Below are positions 57,726 through 64,000 of a stretch of DNA of 64,000 nucleotides, in pieces. The notes under the pieces are model-generated. The model had not been told where the DNA came from. It ran no database searches and was given only the letters and a program-made list of their open reading frames with translations. A program made the translations under genes and the position numbers. The stretch is from an uncultured virus (IMG/VR IMGVR_UViG_3300020577_005824) (Duplodnaviria > Heunggongvirae > Uroviricota > Caudoviricetes), in IMG/VR virus record IMGVR_UViG_3300020577_005824; one strand, given 5' to 3'. Numbering within the stretch: position 1 is the first letter of the stretch; every line of letters starts with the position of its first letter.

Positions 57726-58871
57726 TTAAGGTTTAGCGTACTCTGCAATTAAGAAACAGAAGATGTTCTCCTCCTCAGTATTTACCTTCGGAATAATAAA
57801 AGACGGTCTGTTTTTCTCAGATGAGTAATGTAACACGAACTCAATAGACTCCATGCTATTCAATACTTTTATCAAGTGATTATGAGCAAAGTATTTAGTA
57901 ATAGGTGTCTTTGTAATATTCTCCATAGTGATGATCTCCTCACCGTCTTTCTTAGTCAATGTATCTGAAGATGTAAGTATGAGATTATTATCTTCACCGC
58001 AAGAAAAAAATACTTGCTTGACATCACTATCAGAAGCATAAAGCTGTAGTCTCTTGACTGCAGAATTACATTCTATAGCGTTTATTATGTACTTGTTTTC
58101 TGGACGCTTAGAGAACAATGATTCGCTATTTGGAAACTTTACATTTGCCAATGTCGTTACCACCTCAAACATCTCCGAAGAATCACTCCCTGTATAGAAA
58201 ATAGCATGTTTACCGTTATGAGAAACGCCTATCTCTCCTTTGTCTCCAAGTAATTTCAATAAACAACTAGCAGCGTCAGTTGTAATATTTATCTTTTCCC
58301 ATTTATTAATTGAAATAGGAGGAACTGCAGCACGGCACATTAACTCATTAGTTAATCCAGTGAATACCATTTTATTGTCTATCTCAGCAATGTTAATGGC
58401 TACCATATTGGCATTCTTGTTATCGTCATCTACAAAGTTATAAGCATATTTCAATCCTAACTTTAAATAGAATTGTCCTATGTTTATAGAATTTGTCATT
58501 TCCTCAATGGAAATTCGCGGAAAAGACTCAGGGAAACAATCCATGCCAATGTTATACTTGGACTTACCGCATTTAAGCTCTATAGAATCCTCTTTCTTCT
58601 GAGTAATTGTAATTTGATTGTCACTGAATAACTTCACTGTTTTAAGTAATAGTTGAGCAGCTACACAAATAGCGAATGATGCATTTGCCTTTACTTGGCA
58701 GTCTGTTCTTAGCTGAGTGCCACTGTTGCACGCTATGATATCCATGCTATCGGAAGAGATGTTTAGCATGAAATTATCCATTGCTGGGATAATTGATTTT
58801 GCTGGCACAAACTTAATGGCCTTTTCTAATTTGAAGAGTAAGAGTTCTCTATCTATAACTACCTTATTCAT
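57726..58871 (-). CDS. dnaN: DNA polymerase III beta sliding clamp
   Basis: 381 aa; N-terminus resembles DnaN (K.IIP.M.N..L); FP motifs at domain linkers. Confidence 0.8.
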   Translation of the reverse strand: MNKVVIDRELLLFKLEKAIKFVPAKSIIPAMDNFMLNISSDSMDIIACNSGTQLRTDCQVKANASFAICVAAQLLLKTVKLFSDNQITITQKKEDSIELKCGKSKYNIGMDCFPESFPRISIEEMTNSINIGQFYLKLGLKYAYNFVDDDNKNANMVAINIAEIDNKMVFTGLTNELMCRAAVPPISINKWEKINITTDAASCLLKLLGDKGEIGVSHNGKHAIFYTGSDSSEMFEVVTTLANVKFPNSESLFSKRPENKYIINAIECNSAVKRLQLYASDSDVKQVFFSCGEDNNLILTSSDTLTKKDGEEIITMENITKTPITKYFAHNHLIKVLNSMESIEFVLHYSSEKNRPSFIIPKVNTEEENIFCFLIAEYAKP

Positions 58872-58883
58872 AATCTGATTTCT

Positions 58884-59285
58884 TTATTCCTTTTTTAAAA
58901 ATGTTAATATAGGGTCTTTTTGGCAAATATAAAGAGTCTTTTCATTTATTCCTTTCGTGATAACATAATCATAATAAGTTTTCCATGATTCGTAATCTTC
59001 ATCTTTATCAACATAGACCTCAAAGTGTGTTTTGTTAGTAGCTTCTTTTGTTGCTGGCATCCAAGGCATTCTTGGCCACATCCACTTTCCCTTCGTTAAT
59101 CTACTATTTACAGATATAGCTCCTCTGAATATATGATTTACACCTATTGGTTCCATAAAGTAAAGAATCCTACCTAAAACAATGGCGTTTGATCTATTCT
59201 TTTCGGTTACTAATGTAAAGTCATTGATAGCGCCTTTCTTTAGTTGCCATGGCGCCACACCGTAATTACTAGATTGCTTTGCCAT
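58884..59285 (-). CDS. hypothetical protein
   Basis: operon ORF. Confidence 0.65.
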   Translation of the reverse strand: MAKQSSNYGVAPWQLKKGAINDFTLVTEKNRSNAIVLGRILYFMEPIGVNHIFRGAISVNSRLTKGKWMWPRMPWMPATKEATNKTHFEVYVDKDEDYESWKTYYDYVITKGINEKTLYICQKDPILTFLKKE

Positions 59286-59286
59286 G

Positions 59287-61290
59287 TTATATAAAATCTG
59301 GAGGTGTAGGAAGGATTGATTCAGGAATTACTGGCGCTTCATTAATTTGATAAGCTATACCATCATTACGAAACTTATTCTTTTCAATATGATCCCAAGA
59401 TTTAATTACAACTTCACTGTCTACAACTCCTTTATTTTCTGACGGAATGAATTGAGATTTGTTGTCTTCTATTCCTTTGATGAGTTGCTGCATTTGATCG
59501 AATGTTGGCTCGATAGTTTGCTTGGAATCGAAAATAATGTTTTCGTTACAACTATCCTTATTTTCTTCAAACATTGGTCCCGAATCCACCACTTTATCTT
59601 GTTGTGCCGGTACACTAACTTCTCCAGGAAGTGATATATTATTGTCAATAGGTAACTCATTTTTATTTAATAATTGCTTGATTAATATTTCCTCTATTTT
59701 CTCCATCTCAAGAACCTCCTTTCCATCCATAAGCTGATTTATATCTTTCTCCTTATGAACCAAAAGGTTATATAAATTCTCGTCAATGCTATCTTTTGCG
59801 AATGTATAATGAATGCGTAGATGCTGATTTTTTTTCTCAGGGTGCTTACATCTAAATTGCGCCTGACGAAGCTCTCTAGGAGTAAATGGAAAGTTTATGT
59901 GGAACACATCACTCGCTATAGATAAATCTAACGCTTCGCCTGCAGCAAGATAATTCCCTAAGAACACTTGCTTGTCAGGATTATCCCAAAACTCACGCTT
60001 AAATCTATCTCTGTCATAAGAGTTAGTGGTTCCATCTACCTTTAAGCATCTATCTCCAAAATACTCTTCAAGTATCTTAAACGGCTCCTTGTAAGAACCA
60101 AATACAACAACCTTTCCTTTTTCCTCGATAATATCTTCGATAGCCTGAATCATTCCCTTCATCTTAGCCTTACAAGTGATGATATTTATTGAGTGAACGT
60201 GACCACGTAAAGCAGCCATATTCTTTTCCTTGGCCATCTCCTCGATAATAGAATTATACTCATCACGGTAATCGTCAAAATCAAAAGTGTACCTTGATAC
60301 TACATCCTCCGGCATATCGAAGCAATCATCCATTTTCTTCACAAGCATAAAATTTAGCATCTTGTTTTTAAGATCCTGAATGTTCTTGGCACCAGTAACT
60401 TTCTCGCCACCACGAGAGGCGGTCTTGATAGTGTACTCATCAGTAAATTTCTTATAAGATTCACCTAGTGGGTGATTGGCTATTTTGAAGTAATTGAATA
60501 AATCGTTAAAACGATTAGGGATTGGAGTTCCTGATAATAATGTAATCTTAGCATTAGGATATGCTCCAGTAATCTCATTTATGACCTTTGAGCGATCAGA
60601 AAATCTATTTTTGATACGATGACACTCATCGATGATAAAGTGTCCTATATCGTCAGATAAAAGATAGTCCTTAAACTTAGCCAGTATATCAAAATTTATG
60701 ATAACGAACCTCTCCTGCAAAGCTTTGAATGATTTAGACTTCGAGCTATCAAGCATGGTGAAGTATAACTCATTGAATCCCCAAGGAGCATTAGTTAAAT
60801 CTCTAAACCATCCCCACTTCGCGATAGCAGGACATATAATCACTGTTCTTCTGATATTCAATATTCTAGTCAATGAAGCGGAGGTTATAGATTTACCTAG
60901 TCTCATCTCAAATGCCAGGAAGTTAACACGATGCATTAATCCGAATCCTATACCCTCTTTCTGATGAGCGTATAATTTAACAAAATACGGTAGCTTATCA
61001 GACATGAGTTGAATAGCTGAGTTTTCGTAAAAAGAATATGCTTCCTCTAAAGATTCATAGAATTTATTTCTTCTGTTTTCCTCGCTTATAGCCTCGGAAA
61101 AGTTCTTGAAAGATATTCTTATGAACTCAAACATCGCCTGCTTCCAAGTTCTAGGTATAGCTGCTGTTATAACTCCTGAGTCAATATCTATGTCAAATCC
61201 ATAACATTTAGCTAATACTATCTCTGTAGGATGCCATAACTTTTTCTCGAATCGTACGTGAGTGTTACTTATTAGTTGAATGTCTTTCAT
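59287..61290 (-). CDS. SNF2-family helicase
   Basis: EMRLGKS, IIDECH, LSGTP, AGEALDL, QA..R. Confidence 0.88.
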   Translation of the reverse strand: MKDIQLISNTHVRFEKKLWHPTEIVLAKCYGFDIDIDSGVITAAIPRTWKQAMFEFIRISFKNFSEAISEENRRNKFYESLEEAYSFYENSAIQLMSDKLPYFVKLYAHQKEGIGFGLMHRVNFLAFEMRLGKSITSASLTRILNIRRTVIICPAIAKWGWFRDLTNAPWGFNELYFTMLDSSKSKSFKALQERFVIINFDILAKFKDYLLSDDIGHFIIDECHRIKNRFSDRSKVINEITGAYPNAKITLLSGTPIPNRFNDLFNYFKIANHPLGESYKKFTDEYTIKTASRGGEKVTGAKNIQDLKNKMLNFMLVKKMDDCFDMPEDVVSRYTFDFDDYRDEYNSIIEEMAKEKNMAALRGHVHSINIITCKAKMKGMIQAIEDIIEEKGKVVVFGSYKEPFKILEEYFGDRCLKVDGTTNSYDRDRFKREFWDNPDKQVFLGNYLAAGEALDLSIASDVFHINFPFTPRELRQAQFRCKHPEKKNQHLRIHYTFAKDSIDENLYNLLVHKEKDINQLMDGKEVLEMEKIEEILIKQLLNKNELPIDNNISLPGEVSVPAQQDKVVDSGPMFEENKDSCNENIIFDSKQTIEPTFDQMQQLIKGIEDNKSQFIPSENKGVVDSEVVIKSWDHIEKNKFRNDGIAYQINEAPVIPESILPTPPDFI

Positions 61291-61487
61291 ACTGATTTTT
61301 TTAATAAAATTGAATAAGTTGTAATGATTTCATTGACACCTTCTTTTTTATCGAATGCAATTACGCTGCTTGTGGTCATAGGGGACATTGGAATGTAATC
61401 TCTTTTGTTACACATTATATCCATAGTTTCCTCAAATGCGCGCTTACTTGTTTCTGACACGACTTTAAATTCAATTTGAATAGCCAT
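61287..61487 (-). CDS. small hypothetical protein
   Basis: coupled ORF. Confidence 0.6.
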   Translation of the reverse strand: MAIQIEFKVVSETSKRAFEETMDIMCNKRDYIPMSPMTTSSVIAFDKKEGVNEIITTYSILLKKSV

Positions 61488-62926
61488 TACTTCAACACCT
61501 CCTCTGTAAACTTAACTTCTAATTCCTCACCTTCAAATTTCACAAATTCACAGACCGCCATATATCCACGAGCCTCAATCTTCTCAATTATAGCATGTAA
61601 GTGTTTCTTATCAAATACATTGGCATCGTGTAAGAATATAATTTTTAATGTTGGATTTAACGACATAGCTACCTCTACGCCAACATCCCATAAACGAGCA
61701 GTGTTTATCTGTCCGTCTTCTAATGGCAATCCATCTAAGTAAAGATTATCATCATCAAAGCTTAATCCCTGAATAGGAAGCTGAGAGTTTTTGATTATGT
61801 TATCTCTATCTGACTCAAGCTTGTTGATAGCGGCATTTTTAGCAACTACAGCCTCTCGGCACTTCAATAACTCTCGCTGATGCTCTGCAAGCTTAGAGAT
61901 ATTATTACACTTCTCATTGTGAGCAATAGCATCATTTATCTGATGACTTACCTCATCTACCGAAGGGCGATGATTAGAAGCTAACCACTGCTCGCCTTTG
62001 ACTATATTTTCCTTAGCCGTAGCAACCTCTTGTTTAATGGTAGCTACAGCATTATCGCACTCCGCTACTGCATTAGCTTGAATACCTTGTTGACGCTTAA
62101 TTTCCTCATTAAGACGAAATATCTCAGCAGAAGCAGCGCTTATCTTAACATTTGCAGATTCTCTGAAGGTATTGATTCTCATCTCTGCATTATCTACGGT
62201 TGCCTTAAATCCAACAACCTTATTGTTAATATCATCCCATTGTGATTGCGCTGCTCCAATAGAAGACATTGCCGTTTGCATTGCCGTAATATCAATCTTC
62301 GTGGAATACTTATCCACCTCCTCAGCAGAAAGTCCATGGTTGGAAAGTATAGCATCTAACTCCTCGGCTCTATCACTATTCTTTTTCTTTTCTGCCTTCT
62401 CAAGCTTTATGTTTGCAGATACCACATCTATCTCCTGACCTTTACCAGTAAGAGCCTTGATAGTTTTTAGCTTATTCTCAGGTTTATCATTCAGCCATTG
62501 AGTAACATCAAAAGATACGTTTCCTATGATTGACTTAATAAGCGTAGCTGGAGATTTTAATACCTCTCCAAGCTCATTCTTAATAACCAATCTACCCTTG
62601 CTATCTTTTTTTGTGAAGTATAAGTCCATGACGTACTCCTTATGAACTCCATCTATAGTTCCGGCTATAGTATGTGAAATCATTGCTCTTTCCTCACCTG
62701 CTTTGATAGGTTTTGTAGGTAACATCTTTGTGTTCATTGGAGACATCATAGCTTGAATAAGCGCTGATTTACCTGAGCCATTTGGACCTATAAACATTAA
62801 CGAACGCCCTCCAATGTCTACTACTACATTTTGGAGGTTTTTGAAGTTTTCAACTACTAACTTTACGGATTTTAATCCTTCTGGTAATTGTGTTTCTGAA
62901 TCTGTTGCTGTCGTCTTTTTTGCCAT
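61487..62926 (-). CDS. Rad50/SbcC-like AAA ATPase with coiled coil
   Basis: ENFK, GPNGSGKS, central coiled coil, IIFLHD..VFD. Confidence 0.82.
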   Translation of the reverse strand: MAKKTTATDSETQLPEGLKSVKLVVENFKNLQNVVVDIGGRSLMFIGPNGSGKSALIQAMMSPMNTKMLPTKPIKAGEERAMISHTIAGTIDGVHKEYVMDLYFTKKDSKGRLVIKNELGEVLKSPATLIKSIIGNVSFDVTQWLNDKPENKLKTIKALTGKGQEIDVVSANIKLEKAEKKKNSDRAEELDAILSNHGLSAEEVDKYSTKIDITAMQTAMSSIGAAQSQWDDINNKVVGFKATVDNAEMRINTFRESANVKISAASAEIFRLNEEIKRQQGIQANAVAECDNAVATIKQEVATAKENIVKGEQWLASNHRPSVDEVSHQINDAIAHNEKCNNISKLAEHQRELLKCREAVVAKNAAINKLESDRDNIIKNSQLPIQGLSFDDDNLYLDGLPLEDGQINTARLWDVGVEVAMSLNPTLKIIFLHDANVFDKKHLHAIIEKIEARGYMAVCEFVKFEGEELEVKFTEEVLK

Positions 62927-62940
62927 TGTTTTTAATTTTA

Positions 62941-63993
62941 TTAATCTTTATAACTTTCTAATTTAGCTAATTCCTTTTTCCTCTGCTCGCAAAACTGAGC
63001 TACCTGGCAGTATTCTTCACATTTCCTGCTTGATCCTGCTCTTACCTCAATCCACAATTTACCTTTACCACCAATAATCTCGTATGAGTTCTTATTCTCG
63101 ATGATAAACGTATCCGCAGCAGTCTTGCTATCAAATACTCTAACTGCTCTTTTTACAGTTCCCTGCTTCACGGCAAATGAATCTGATGTAGCCCATCTCT
63201 CTTCACCGGTACACTCAGGAACATCTCCATTTTCAGCACGAGTGTGTAAATCCATTCTGTGAAGAATGTACTTAAATACATCTTCACGAGGATAAAGCTT
63301 TACGTTGATTTCCTTAACTTGACGATCTGGATAATCCTTATTTCTTACAAATCCGTATCTATTCCAATCTCTGAATAACGCTACGATCTTAATTGCTGTA
63401 ACGTTAAAGCCATGCTGCTCTTTTAACATGTAAGCATAGATATTAGTCTGGCGCTCCCACTTAACATTGGCTCCTGGAGCAGTGTATTGAAATGTAGAAC
63501 AGAATTTATAATCATACAAGATACCAGTTTCCTTATCATACAAGTCAAAAGTACCTGAAAGCACCTTATCACCAACCTGCAATTGCATGGTTATCTCATA
63601 TACATATCTATCCCCAATTTCAGGGAAGAAAATAGGGATAAGACTAAATATCCAATTTGCTCCATTGCGGAGCTTATCTGCAGCCTCCTTATTAGATGTC
63701 GACATCTTATCAGCTTCCTGCATGATAGTCTCTGCAGTAGTAATGAATGCGCGCTTGCGCTCCGACTTAATATTTGCTCGCTCAAGGATATGGTGTAATG
63801 CCGTACCCATAAGAGCATAAAGTCCATCAACCACATCTTCCTCATAGGTATGCTTTTTCTTCAATAAGCGAATCTGCGGAGCGTCTATCAGCGTGGTAAC
63901 GGATATGTCACCGGCAAGCTTATGTGTATCGTACTTTATAGCATCGTATAAGGTAGTTGGTAGACCAAACTTGTTAGTAAGTATTCTTGGCAT
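62941..63993 (-). CDS. PD-(D/E)xK Cas4/RecB-like exonuclease
   Basis: GTALH..LE, SGTFDL, DYK, QTNIY, C-terminal C..YC....FC. Confidence 0.82.
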   Translation of the reverse strand: MPRILTNKFGLPTTLYDAIKYDTHKLAGDISVTTLIDAPQIRLLKKKHTYEEDVVDGLYALMGTALHHILERANIKSERKRAFITTAETIMQEADKMSTSNKEAADKLRNGANWIFSLIPIFFPEIGDRYVYEITMQLQVGDKVLSGTFDLYDKETGILYDYKFCSTFQYTAPGANVKWERQTNIYAYMLKEQHGFNVTAIKIVALFRDWNRYGFVRNKDYPDRQVKEINVKLYPREDVFKYILHRMDLHTRAENGDVPECTGEERWATSDSFAVKQGTVKRAVRVFDSKTAADTFIIENKNSYEIIGGKGKLWIEVRAGSSRKCEEYCQVAQFCEQRKKELAKLESYKD

Positions 63994-64000
63994 TTTTAGA

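Noticed and set aside
62941..63993. Cas4 as evidence of CRISPR adaptation
   Set aside because: It sits in a replication/recombination operon, and solo Cas4-like exonucleases are common in phages.
1..64000. Stop-codon reassignment as in some crAss-like phages
   Set aside because: Genes are long and tightly packed in code 11. TAG and TGA end genes (capsid, terminase), and no suppressor tRNA is present.
1..64000. Integron integrase or other tyrosine recombinase
   Set aside because: No ORF with an R...HxxR...Y pattern recognised in the window.

Overview
About 64 kb of an AT-rich, standard-code dsDNA podovirus-type phage, probably infecting Bacteroidota (many TAnnTTTG -7 promoter elements). Layout: (i) 1-10.2 kb, leftward early/accessory genes, including a Dam-like methyltransferase, a tRNA(CAT), a lipoprotein and an XRE-type regulator. 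(ii) A divergent non-coding region at about 10.2-11.5 kb, then an HNH endonuclease. (iii) 15.9-53 kb, rightward morphogenesis module: intein-containing terminase, portal, scaffold, major capsid protein, ring/muzzle-like tail proteins, large ejection proteins, Cys-rich and HxH fibre proteins, lysis genes and tail fibres. (iv) 53-64 kb, leftward replication module: SSB-like protein, VRR-NUC nuclease, primase-helicase, beta clamp, SNF2 helicase, Rad50-like ATPase and a Cas4-like exonuclease. The most unusual signal is an array of three integron attC-like sites at the left edge (14-1609). They delimit gene cassettes that have their own terminal inverted repeats, and one site supplies the start codon of the next gene. 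No integrase is present in the window. Other signals: repeated 19-bp Fur-box-like palindromes at promoters, a CRISPR-repeat-like 46-bp doublet, a roughly 280-nt structured non-coding region before the terminase, and an A10 frameshift site at the start of the largest ejection gene. All protein calls come from motifs and gene order read by eye; no database searches were run.
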